A DNA stretch of 64,000 bases, taken from positions 597 to 64,596 of the forward strand of contig JBAXUB010000005.1 of NCBI GenBank assembly GCA_037129895.1. The letters run 5' to 3'. Below are positions 26,804 through 35,969 of the stretch, piece by piece (position 1 is the stretch's first letter; every line of letters begins with the position of its first letter). The notes beneath the pieces were generated by a model. That model did not search any database. It saw nothing but the letters and a program-made list of their open reading frames with translations, and was not told the DNA's origin. Source of the stretch: Candidatus Tayloriibacteriota bacterium (lineage in GTDB: Bacteria; Patescibacteriota; Minisyncoccia; Phycocordibacterales; PALSA-1337). A program made the translations under genes and the position numbers.

Positions 26804-28162
26804 ATGTCTACTGAAATTACTAATGACATTGTAATTCGTGAGGCAAGAAAAGGCGACTATGAATGGGTCGCGGAATTAATGCATAAAACGCTGGAACCGT
26901 ATTATGGTGGTGATCACCGTGCTCATGCTTGTCGTATCTTCGATGCACACATCGCAGGTGGACATGATAAAGTCGGATTCTTTTCATTTGAACAACGCAT
27001 GTTCGTTGCTGAAGTTAAAGGGGTCAGAGCAGGAATTATCCACGTAGTCGGCAAGCGTCAATCAACGTACAAGATCAGTCCACTGATCGTTTCTCCTGAG
27101 TTTCAAGGGAAATTTAGTCTTGGTAGTCGTCTCCTGCAACACGCAGAAGAATACGCAAGAAGTCGCAAGTCGCGACAACTATATTGTACCGTGGCAGAAA
27201 AAAACGTTGCAGCAATGCAATTCTTTCTTCACAAAGGATTCATCCGAGCTGGTAGCTCTGATAGCCACTACAAGAGTGGCGTCACTGAAACTATGCTTTA
27301 CAAGCCATTATATGAAGTAAGTACCATTACATCACTCGAACAAATTCATGTATCTGTTGTACCGTTTGACGAGACGCATGATAACATCAGGGAACAAGTT
27401 ACGAAACTGCTCCTTGAAAAACTTCCGCTCTCTTTTGAGGGAATCAGTGAGGTCTGGGTAGACGCATTGTTTACTGGTTACAGTCGAAGAAACACAGCTG
27501 ATATTAATTCAAAGTATAAATTGATCTTCGTTGCGTTAAGTAGTGACGGAACCGTAATTGGTACCGCTGCTGCAACACCAAAGAAAGGCAGTCCAATAAA
27601 AATTATGCCGTTAATTGCAACAAATCTTGTTGCACTTGAAGCACTATTAATTGATCTGCCACATCAACTTGTACCTTACGGCCACAAGCTGTACATCCAT
27701 ATTAATCCAGAGCCAGATGAAGTGATTGCACTTCAACGCCTTGGATGGAAATTGGATGCTGCTTTGCCATCAGCCTATCGTCCTAACGTAATCACACAGC
27801 AATGGAGTCTTAATATTGGAGAAATAACTATGAGAACAATGAGAGTCAAAAATAGGTTTTTCGATCTGATTCAGTCAGGTGAAAAGAACCTTGAAGTCCG
27901 TGTCGCTTATGATACGATCAATCGCATCAGGGTCGGCGAGAACATAAGCTTCGTAACCCACATGTCTGAGTTCGATGTTCGTATCAATGCAGTTCGAAAG
28001 TATCGAACCTTCCGTGAAATGCTGGAAAAAGAGCCATACAAAAAAATAGCTCCAGATTCAGCCTCTCAAGCCGAGGTGTTGTCACTTCTAGAAAACATCT
28101 ATCCCGCCGAGAAAGAAAGACTTGGAGTGGTAGTACTAGAGCTCGCTCAAATCGGCAAGTAA
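26804..28162 (+). CDS. GNAT acetyltransferase domain(s) fused to a C-terminal ASCH (PUA-like) domain
   Basis: Acetyl-CoA-binding-like motifs lie in the first ~170 aa. The C-terminal ~110 aa resemble an ASCH domain. Confidence 0.5.
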   Translation: MSTEITNDIVIREARKGDYEWVAELMHKTLEPYYGGDHRAHACRIFDAHIAGGHDKVGFFSFEQRMFVAEVKGVRAGIIHVVGKRQSTYKISPLIVSPEFQGKFSLGSRLLQHAEEYARSRKSRQLYCTVAEKNVAAMQFFLHKGFIRAGSSDSHYKSGVTETMLYKPLYEVSTITSLEQIHVSVVPFDETHDNIREQVTKLLLEKLPLSFEGISEVWVDALFTGYSRRNTADINSKYKLIFVALSSDGTVIGTAAATPKKGSPIKIMPLIATNLVALEALLIDLPHQLVPYGHKLYIHINPEPDEVIALQRLGWKLDAALPSAYRPNVITQQWSLNIGEITMRTMRVKNRFFDLIQSGEKNLEVRVAYDTINRIRVGENISFVTHMSEFDVRINAVRKYRTFREMLEKEPYKKIAPDSASQAEVLSLLENIYPAEKERLGVVVLELAQIGK

Positions 28163-28214
28163 ATATCGATTAACTTACGGACCTGCGACTTAGTTGCAGG
28201 TCTTTTCAATTTTA

Positions 28215-28553
28215 TTAAGAGAGCTTAATGCCAATAACACCAAACTTAGTTTGCTCATCTAAAGGATAAAATTGCTCAATTTCAGTAATGAGAGCTTCTT
28301 TCGATTCACCACCAAAATATTGAGAAGGAAAATCAGAAAACATATCAGAAAATGAAGAATACCTATATAAAGCCACTACATTTCGTTTAACAACAACATC
28401 TGGATTATCATTTTGACTAAACTCAATTTGATCGCCGACATCAATCAGTTTTCTTTTATCGTCATATAGCCTAGATTCTATTATTTTTATTCCAGCTACG
28501 ATCTTATCTAGCGGTGACTTTGCAAGCCTCATTTTGTGGATCTTTATTGACAT
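28215..28553 (-). CDS. ASCH-domain protein
   Basis: It has the typical ASCH N-terminus (KMRLAKSPLDKIVAGIKIIESRLYDDKR). Confidence 0.5.
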   Translation of the reverse strand: MSIKIHKMRLAKSPLDKIVAGIKIIESRLYDDKRKLIDVGDQIEFSQNDNPDVVVKRNVVALYRYSSFSDMFSDFPSQYFGGESKEALITEIEQFYPLDEQTKFGVIGIKLS

Positions 28554-28637
28554 AATTGTATATAAGTGCTATATGTTTATACTAGAAAGTAATAAGCAAA
28601 GGTTAACATATATCAATTAAAACTGAAAGGACAAAAA

Positions 28638-28976
28638 ATGGAAATATGGAAAAAGAACAGCGATAGTTTGACAAAAAAACCAACATTAAGTTTTCCTAAC
28701 AAGAAGTCACTCGACAATATCTTGTCATCTCGATTTCCAAACAAGGAACATCACTACTTGGTCTTTACCGATCAAGAAGAACAGGAACTCACAAAGATTG
28801 CTAAATCGTTATTGGATTCAGAAGGTACAAAGTTAAAACCCTCTCAACGATTGTTAGAAATCTTCATGAGGGAAACCTTTAGAGGAATGCCTGGACCATG
28901 CCCAATCGAATTAGTAACGATTAAAGATGAAGAGACTCAAGGTGAACATCTCGCATTCGAGTTTTTCAAACCATAA
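28638..28976 (+). CDS. Hypothetical protein (112 aa)
   Basis: It is an ORF with no recognisable motif. Confidence 0.35.
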   Translation: MEIWKKNSDSLTKKPTLSFPNKKSLDNILSSRFPNKEHHYLVFTDQEEQELTKIAKSLLDSEGTKLKPSQRLLEIFMRETFRGMPGPCPIELVTIKDEETQGEHLAFEFFKP

Positions 28977-28991
28977 CCAATCAGAATATTT

Positions 28992-29028
28992 AGCTGCACA
29001 ACCCACAAAGGTTTGTGCAGCTTTTTTA
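28992..29028 (+). terminator. Rho-independent terminator (AGCTGCACAA...TTGTGCAGCT + T6)
   Basis: Read directly from the sequence. Confidence 0.6.
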
Positions 29029-29190
29029 ATACTAGCCCAGTTGAGAGTTTTGAACTTGTAAACAAGCGGTGGTTAGTGGCCTGTTGTTTTATGTGTTATA
29101 TCATATATGGTATAATGGACGTGACAGCTGACCTCCTACCAGTTAGGAGTTGAATTTCCATAAGTTTTTAGTTGATGTTACAATATATCC

Positions 29191-30159
29191 ATGCAAAAGA
29201 TCTTTATCACTCGTAAAATTCCAGAGAATGGCGTGCACATGTTACGTGACAAAGGTTATGAGGTAGATATAAGCCCAATAGACAGACCGCTTACACAAGA
29301 TGAACTCATAGGTTATCTCAAAGCAAAACCATATGATGCTGTATTGTCGATGTTGAGTGACAAGATAGACGCAAAAGTATTCGATGCAGCACCGAGCGTG
29401 AGATTATTTGCCAATTATGCTATAGGTTTTGATAATTTCGATATTGCAGAAGCAAAGAAGCGGGGAGTATATCTCACCAATACACCGCATGGTGGAGTAG
29501 ACAGAGTAGCTGAACATGCTTGGGCTCTCATACTAGCTCTCACTTGCAGGATAGTTGAAGGCGATGACTATACAAAAGATGGAAAATACACAGGATTTGA
29601 TCCTATGCTATTACAGGGTATGAAAGTCAATGGGAAAGTATTGGGACTCATCGGTGCTGGACGTATCGGTACTGAAGTGGCAAAGATAGGGGTATCTGGT
29701 TTCGGTATGAGGGTGGCTTACTATGATGTTGTCCGCAATTCGAAAATAGAAGAATTGAAAAATGTGACATATTGGCCTTCAGTAGATGAAGTATTGAAGC
29801 AGTCAGATGTAATATCTCTACACGTACCACTCATGGATTCAACTCGTCATCTGATAAACGCCGAAAATATGAAGTTGATGAAACCTACTTCTTACCTCGT
29901 GAATACTTCTAGGGGTGCCGTCATAGATGAGAAAGCGTTGGTACAAGCACTCATGTTGGGGACGATCAGGGGTGCAGGGTTAGATGTATTCGAAAACGAA
30001 CCATCACTGGCAGAGGGGCTCAAGGGACTAAAGAATGTAGTTCTTACACCACATATCGCATCTTCGACTATTGAAGCTCGTCAAGATATGGCTAGAATGA
30101 GTGCAAGCAATATCATAGAGCTTTTTGAAAACGGAAGACCAGTGGATATGGTACAATAA
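29191..30159 (+). CDS. D-isomer-specific 2-hydroxyacid dehydrogenase (glyoxylate/hydroxypyruvate reductase-like)
   Basis: It has the GLIGAGRIG NAD-binding motif and conserved catalytic R/E/H positions. Confidence 0.75.
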   Translation: MQKIFITRKIPENGVHMLRDKGYEVDISPIDRPLTQDELIGYLKAKPYDAVLSMLSDKIDAKVFDAAPSVRLFANYAIGFDNFDIAEAKKRGVYLTNTPHGGVDRVAEHAWALILALTCRIVEGDDYTKDGKYTGFDPMLLQGMKVNGKVLGLIGAGRIGTEVAKIGVSGFGMRVAYYDVVRNSKIEELKNVTYWPSVDEVLKQSDVISLHVPLMDSTRHLINAENMKLMKPTSYLVNTSRGAVIDEKALVQALMLGTIRGAGLDVFENEPSLAEGLKGLKNVVLTPHIASSTIEARQDMARMSASNIIELFENGRPVDMVQ

Positions 30160-30196
30160 ACGGGTAGATTCGTATAAATTTATTACAAATAATTAT

Positions 30197-30454
30197 ATGT
30201 CATCAGGAGTAGAATTTGATGAAGAAGGTTCAAGTTATGCGAGGCCAAATGTCTCTCGTAATAATAATGTTGGTCGACCTAACAGTAATTTTGATGCACC
30301 ACAGTATACGCCGACAGGCAATGAGCCAGCGATGGTTAGATGGTTACTCCGACATGGGTATGTCAAAACCCCTGCAGCCGCCAATATTGTCCTGTTAGTC
30401 TTGGTCGGATTGAATGTCGTGGTTACCTATTTTGTTGTCACAAACTTTTTATAA
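30197..30454 (+). CDS. Small hypothetical protein with a C-terminal TM helix
   Basis: It is an ORF. The start was moved to an internal ATG to avoid overlapping the upstream gene. Confidence 0.3.
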   Translation: MSSGVEFDEEGSSYARPNVSRNNNVGRPNSNFDAPQYTPTGNEPAMVRWLLRHGYVKTPAAANIVLLVLVGLNVVVTYFVVTNFL

Positions 30455-30699
30455 TATTAGCCACTATCAACATGTCAAAGAATCATACTGATCATGCAAA
30501 GAAAAATATTCAGAAGTTACCAATATCGATCTATATCGTACTCGGTATGGTCTTGTGTGCGAATATAGCAGTTGTCATCATCATGCTCAATTATTTCATG
30601 TAGAGTGAGGTTATGTGTCGCGTAATGTAAGGTCACCTAATATAGTATCGCGTAATATAGTTCAGAATCAAAATAAATTTTATCAACATATATATCATT

Positions 30700-31449
30700 A
30701 TGAAAGCAAACCGTTCCACAAAGCAATCAGGGTTCACTCTCATAGAGTTACTAGTCGTCATCGCTATCATAGGAATATTGGCGGCTGTTGTGATCGTGTC
30801 AGTTTCTAATGCTCGAATAAACGGAGCGATCGCCGCAGGAAAAAAATTTGACACTCATACATATCGAGCGTATGGCGCGGATGCGTATGCTGTGTATAAT
30901 TTTGATGAGTTGGGTATTACGGGTAGTGAAGTTTCAAGTATTAAAGATACATCTGGAAATAATGCCAATCTTACTACTTGTAATACTCCGCCGCAAATTA
31001 TGACTGAAGCTGGCGCATTATTTGGTAAAGGATTGAGTGTTCAATTGGCAGGCTCGAATATGGCATATTGTAATGCGACACTTAGTTTTAGTACAACAAA
31101 AGGAGCTGTCTCTTTCTGGATAAAGCCGTCCGCTTCAGGTGTTGTTATGTCGGTTAATGGTGTAAAAATCATCATTAAGTCTGGCACTGGAGCTATTCAG
31201 ATCAGCTCACCTGCAATAGACGGTAATACACCGGTTGTTATGAATAAGTGGAATCATGTCTACGTGTCGTGGGACACTAGTGCTACTAATAAGACAAGTA
31301 TATATATAAATGGTAAACTGGATAAAGTTTCCACATCACCACCTACTTTTTCTGGCTCTGTTGTGAGTATCGGCGATCCAGCGGTTCAATATAGTACTGC
31401 GTCTATGATAATCGATCAAGTCGTAATATATAATTTGACTAAATATTAA
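30700..31449 (+). CDS. Type IV pilin-like protein (prepilin-type N-terminal cleavage/methylation domain) with a C-terminal LamG/concanavalin-like domain
   Basis: It has a class III signal (KQSGFTLIELLVVIAIIGILAAVV) and an IDQVVIYN LamG-like terminus. Confidence 0.75.
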   Translation: MKANRSTKQSGFTLIELLVVIAIIGILAAVVIVSVSNARINGAIAAGKKFDTHTYRAYGADAYAVYNFDELGITGSEVSSIKDTSGNNANLTTCNTPPQIMTEAGALFGKGLSVQLAGSNMAYCNATLSFSTTKGAVSFWIKPSASGVVMSVNGVKIIIKSGTGAIQISSPAIDGNTPVVMNKWNHVYVSWDTSATNKTSIYINGKLDKVSTSPPTFSGSVVSIGDPAVQYSTASMIIDQVVIYNLTKY

Positions 31450-31531
31450 TTGTCGAGATTGATCTGAACTCAACATTGAACTCGGGCCTCAAAAATTTGC
31501 ACTTTTTCTAAAATAGTGTAATATACCCCAC

Positions 31532-32224
31532 ATGTTAACCCTAAACGTAGAAAAGCGCGATATGAAGGTGACCCCAGAAGCGATCCGCAAAAACGGCTCT
31601 ATTCCTGCGGTTTTTTATGGTCCAAAAGAAGCCAGTACACCTATCATCATCAATGCAAAGGATTTTACAAAAACATGGAGGAAGGCAGGTCAGTCGTCAG
31701 TTATTATACTTAAAGAAGGTAATACTGAACACGAGGTATTGATACACGATATCGATGTGCATCCACTTTCAGGTGATGCTAGGCATGCAGACTTCTATGT
31801 CATCGAAAAGGGCAAGAAAGTGAAGGTTTCAGTTAAACTAGTTTACGAGGGTGTTTCCCCAGCAGTGAAAGACAAGGGTGCTATCCTGGTCAAGGTTCGA
31901 CGTGAAGTCGAAGTTGAGGCTGCTCCTCGCGATCTTCCTCATGAGATCAAAGTTGATATTTCCAAACTTGTTGAATTTACAGATGTTATAAAGGCCAAGG
32001 ATTTGAATATTTCTTCTGGAGTAGAACTCAAGATCGGTGCTGATGAAGTTATCGCTTCGATATCAGAAGCCAAGGAAGAAGTCGAGGAAAAGCCAGCAGC
32101 GATCGACATGTCAGCTATCGAAGTCGAAGCCAAGGGCAAGGAGGTCAAGGAAGGTGAGGCCGGTGCCGCAGATGCAAAGCCAGCTGATGCAAAGAAAGAC
32201 GCAAAGAAAGAAGACAAGAAATAA
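31532..32224 (+). CDS. rplY: 50S ribosomal protein L25/general stress protein Ctc with a K/E-rich C-terminal tail
   Basis: The N-terminal L25 domain pattern (IPAVFYG...) is present. Confidence 0.7.
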   Translation: MLTLNVEKRDMKVTPEAIRKNGSIPAVFYGPKEASTPIIINAKDFTKTWRKAGQSSVIILKEGNTEHEVLIHDIDVHPLSGDARHADFYVIEKGKKVKVSVKLVYEGVSPAVKDKGAILVKVRREVEVEAAPRDLPHEIKVDISKLVEFTDVIKAKDLNISSGVELKIGADEVIASISEAKEEVEEKPAAIDMSAIEVEAKGKEVKEGEAGAADAKPADAKKDAKKEDKK

Positions 32225-32288
32225 TCCTACAACAAATTTTTTGGAAACAGAAGGCGCAGTTGATGCGCTTTTCTGTTATAATAATCAG

Positions 32289-33659
32289 ATGAAACTTATG
32301 AAAATAAGTGCTTTGATGTTGTTGGTCACGGTATTCGGAGTGCCATATTTCGTAAGTGGTATTAGAATATCTCATGCACAGACATTGCAATGTGATACAC
32401 CAGCCCAAAAAGTACAATGTCAGGCAGACCTCGCAGCTGCAGAGGCTGAGGCAAGAGCTGCGCAGGCACAGCTCGTCGATGCACAAGCCCAAAGTTCGTC
32501 ATTGAAACAGGCTGTCACGGTCCTAGACGCCAAGATCAAGGTTGCACAGGCAAATATAAAGGCAAAGAATCTATTGATCCAGACCCTAGGCAATGACATC
32601 ACACAGAAACAGAAACATATAAATGATCTAGAAGCACACATCAATAAAGGCAAAGAAACATTAGCTCAGATACTGGTCAAGACAAATGAGATCGATTCAA
32701 GTTCGTTGCCAGAATTATTATTATCTCAAAATAGTGTAACTGGTTTTTTTCAGAACCTCGATAGTTTCGAGTCTCTGAGACAAGGGTTGAGTTCCACATT
32801 CGATCAATTACAATCTGACCAAGCATCAACGACAGAAGAAAAGGAAGCCCTCACGACTAGACAGAATACTGCCATGGATGCGAAATATGCTGTAGAACAG
32901 GAGAAGAAAAACATTCAAGGTGATCAGACACAGAAGACCCAGTTATTGAATATAAGTAAGGGTAATGAGAAGGCTTATTCATCTCTATTGGCCCAAAAAC
33001 AGGCCAAGGCAGCACAGATCAGGGCAGCCCTCTTCCAATTACGTGATGCCGCAGCTATCACATTTGAACAGGCTTTGGAGTATGCAACTATAGCGTCAAA
33101 AAAGACTGGTGTGAGACCGGCATTCATATTGGCAATATTGACCAAAGAGTCAGACCTCGGACTCAATGTAGGAAAATGTCTGGTTACAAACCTCGCTACT
33201 GGAGATGGAAAAGGTAAGACTTCTGGTGTATTTTTCGAAAAAGTCATGAAGGCTCCTCGTGATACTGATCCTTTCAAAGCGATCACAACGGCCCTTGGGG
33301 TTGATTGGACGACTAGAACAGTATCGTGTCCTATTGGCAGTGCCAAGTATTATTCTGGTAGAGGCTATGGTGGTGCTATGGGTCCTGCACAATTCATTCC
33401 TTCGACATGGGAACTGATCAAGAGCACAGCTTCTGCGAATCTAGGCTTGTCAACCGAATTGGACCCATGGAATCCTGCACATGCCGTCATGGCCCTCGCT
33501 GTCTTCGTGAAAGATCTCGGTGCTGGCGCTGGTACATATTCATCCGAGATCCGCGCAGCTTGCAGATATTATGGAGGGGGCGGAAGTACTTGTACTTATG
33601 GTAAGAGTGTTATGACACTTGTTGATAATATACAGAGAAATAAGATAGATTTGTTGTAA
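32289..33659 (+). CDS. Secreted coiled-coil protein with a C-terminal lytic transglycosylase (SLT-like) domain
   Basis: A signal peptide begins at the internal ATG 32289, so the ORF-track start at 32037 was rejected. It has long heptad-like repeats, plus an E-S motif (ILTKESD) and a GAMGPAQF motif. Confidence 0.55.
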   Translation: MKLMKISALMLLVTVFGVPYFVSGIRISHAQTLQCDTPAQKVQCQADLAAAEAEARAAQAQLVDAQAQSSSLKQAVTVLDAKIKVAQANIKAKNLLIQTLGNDITQKQKHINDLEAHINKGKETLAQILVKTNEIDSSSLPELLLSQNSVTGFFQNLDSFESLRQGLSSTFDQLQSDQASTTEEKEALTTRQNTAMDAKYAVEQEKKNIQGDQTQKTQLLNISKGNEKAYSSLLAQKQAKAAQIRAALFQLRDAAAITFEQALEYATIASKKTGVRPAFILAILTKESDLGLNVGKCLVTNLATGDGKGKTSGVFFEKVMKAPRDTDPFKAITTALGVDWTTRTVSCPIGSAKYYSGRGYGGAMGPAQFIPSTWELIKSTASANLGLSTELDPWNPAHAVMALAVFVKDLGAGAGTYSSEIRAACRYYGGGGSTCTYGKSVMTLVDNIQRNKIDLL

Positions 33660-33678
33660 AGATAAAGTATTAGTGTCT

Positions 33679-33794
33679 GTAAAACCACGAGAAATACGGG
33701 TGAAGGGGACTTGCGAGCGTGTCGACGCGAGCACGAGGAATTTTCTAGCAAGAAAATATCCGTGCCCCTGAATCCGTATTTCTCGTGGTTTTAC
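33679..33794. repeat. 116-nt element bounded by a perfect 21-bp inverted repeat (GTAAAACCACGAGAAATACGG / CCGTATTTCTCGTGGTTTTAC), with internal sub-palindromes, between convergent genes
   Basis: Read directly from the sequence. It may be a bidirectional terminator or a structured RNA. Confidence 0.45.
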
Positions 33795-33800
33795 TGTTAA

Positions 33801-35885
33801 CTATATCGTCAGTATAACCGGTATAACCATCGGTCTCTTTGCGGTCTTCTGCATCAGGTATTTGCTGACAGCATCGGTGACACTGTCTTTGACGAAGTCC
33901 ACATTGATAGGGTTTTGGCCGCGAGAAGTCTTCTCAACGGTTTCGCGAATGAGTAGGCGTACTTCATGCAGCAATTCCTGAGATTCGCGAAGGTAGACGA
34001 AACCACGGGAGATGATATCTGGAGATTTCTTGAGCTTACCAGTTTGACTATTCATGATACCAAAGATGATGAATATTCCATCTTGTGCTAGTGCCTGTCG
34101 GTCGCGTATAACCACATCCTGCACATTACCAACAGAGAATCCATCTACGAGGACGAGTCCTGATGGAGCTTTTTCTTTCAATTTTACCAGCTTCGTACCA
34201 CCGTTCTGGATCTCGATGATGGAACTATTGTCTGGTACGACGACATCTTCTTCTTTGAGACCATTGGCTTCCTTTGCTACGTCAGCATGCACTCGGAGCA
34301 TGTAGTGATAACCATGTAGTGGCATGAAGAATTTTGGTTTGATCTGTCTGTGTATCCACAATGTTTCATCACGGTATGCGTGACCAGTGGAGTGAACTTC
34401 GGCAGTTCTATAGTGAATGATCTTGGCACCCTGACGTGACAGGTTGTCTTTCAATTTCTGAACGGCGCGTTCATTTCCTGGGATAACAGATGATGAGAGA
34501 ATAACAGTATCTCGAGTATTGATCTTGATCTTTGTATGAGTCTTGTTAGACATACGCATTAGAGCTGCGAATTCATCGCCCTGAGCTCCTGTTGCCAATA
34601 TGACGATCCTGTCAGGTGGATAGTTATCCATATCATCACTAGATATGATCGTCTCTTTCTTTGCTTTGAGTAAACCGAGGTGCCAACAGATTTCAATATT
34701 TGATTTCAAACTGCGGCCTTCGATCACAACTTTCTTGTTGTATTTTTCTGCAAACTCAACCATTTTGAGTAGTCTCTCGAGTAGGGAAGAGAATGTCGCT
34801 ATGATGAGACGTCCTTTGGAATTCTTGATATATTCCTCGAGGTTTTTGTGCACTTGTCTCTCAGGAACAGAAAATCCTGGGGTCTCTACGTTGGTTGAGT
34901 CTGCCATGAGCATGAGTACCTTTTCATTCTTGAAAGCACGCTCATATTCTGCAGATTCAGCTTCTGTAGGTATCCCATTTTCATGATCCATCTTGAGGTC
35001 TCCAGTGTGGACTATCGATCCATACGGAGTTTCGATGATCACTCCCATAGCATCTGGAATAGTATGCGTGACTGAAAAGAATTTGACCTTGAATTTACCT
35101 ATTGTAACTGTTGAATTTTGCTCGACTAGGTTCATGTCTATCTTTGGTACATGAGGGAACTCTTCCTGTCTCTTTTGGATCAAGATAGAGGTGAGTAGTC
35201 TAGTATAGACTGGAGGATTACCGATACGTGGCATGATATATGGAATACCACCTGTGTGATCCAAGTGACCGTGTGTGATGATGAGGGCTTTGATCATACC
35301 GAGCCTCTCTTCTAGGTATTTCGTATTTGGTAGAATATAGTCGATACCTGGAGTATTCTCATCTTTGAATTGGAAACCGAGGTCGATCACGATGATCTCT
35401 CCGGCGTATTCGATAGCGGTCATGTTGCGACCAACTTCTTCAACACCACCGAGTGGTATGATACGGATAGTATCAGCAGCTATAGGTGGTATCTTGTCCT
35501 CGTTCTGCTGGTAAGTTAGTGATCTCGCTGGGCCACCTCGCTTCATTGGGCGAGATTCTTTGCGGATAACATTCATACGTGCTCCGGCGATATGGGTTAC
35601 TGCTTCTGGGTGCTTGCGTGCGCCCTTGCCTAGTACTATGCGATGTCCGTTAGCTGTCGTGCTTGGTGTATGAGGCGCAGCATTTGTAAAGCCCGGTTTC
35701 GTAGTCCTAGTATCTGTTGTGTACGATCTAGTCGTCGCTGGCCTATTGAAACTTCGATTCTGGTTGTTGGAACCTTGATAACCGCCTGTATTTTGATTCG
35801 GTCTTACGGGACCGCGTGGACTGAATCGTGGTCTCGAAGGAGGGAAGTTGTTAGGTTTCTTTATTGGTTGTTGTTCGTTGTTCAT
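33801..35885 (-). CDS. rnj: Ribonuclease J (metallo-beta-lactamase/beta-CASP) with a ~140-aa disordered RG/N-rich N-terminal extension
   Basis: It has the HGHLDHTG motif and the beta-CASP and C-terminal domains. Confidence 0.8.
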   Translation of the reverse strand: MNNEQQPIKKPNNFPPSRPRFSPRGPVRPNQNTGGYQGSNNQNRSFNRPATTRSYTTDTRTTKPGFTNAAPHTPSTTANGHRIVLGKGARKHPEAVTHIAGARMNVIRKESRPMKRGGPARSLTYQQNEDKIPPIAADTIRIIPLGGVEEVGRNMTAIEYAGEIIVIDLGFQFKDENTPGIDYILPNTKYLEERLGMIKALIITHGHLDHTGGIPYIMPRIGNPPVYTRLLTSILIQKRQEEFPHVPKIDMNLVEQNSTVTIGKFKVKFFSVTHTIPDAMGVIIETPYGSIVHTGDLKMDHENGIPTEAESAEYERAFKNEKVLMLMADSTNVETPGFSVPERQVHKNLEEYIKNSKGRLIIATFSSLLERLLKMVEFAEKYNKKVVIEGRSLKSNIEICWHLGLLKAKKETIISSDDMDNYPPDRIVILATGAQGDEFAALMRMSNKTHTKIKINTRDTVILSSSVIPGNERAVQKLKDNLSRQGAKIIHYRTAEVHSTGHAYRDETLWIHRQIKPKFFMPLHGYHYMLRVHADVAKEANGLKEEDVVVPDNSSIIEIQNGGTKLVKLKEKAPSGLVLVDGFSVGNVQDVVIRDRQALAQDGIFIIFGIMNSQTGKLKKSPDIISRGFVYLRESQELLHEVRLLIRETVEKTSRGQNPINVDFVKDSVTDAVSKYLMQKTAKRPMVIPVILTI

Positions 35886-35969
35886 TGTTATTATATTATC
35901 GTTGTTTGATTAATTGTAATTGAGTTTATTTTATTTTTATTAAATTTAATGTGTGCTTTGTATATAGTA

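Noticed and set aside
32037-32288. ORF-track 5' extension of the SLT/coiled-coil gene over the rplY 3' end
   Set aside because: That region is K/R-rich read-through in an alternative frame of the rplY tail. A clean signal peptide begins at the ATG at 32289.
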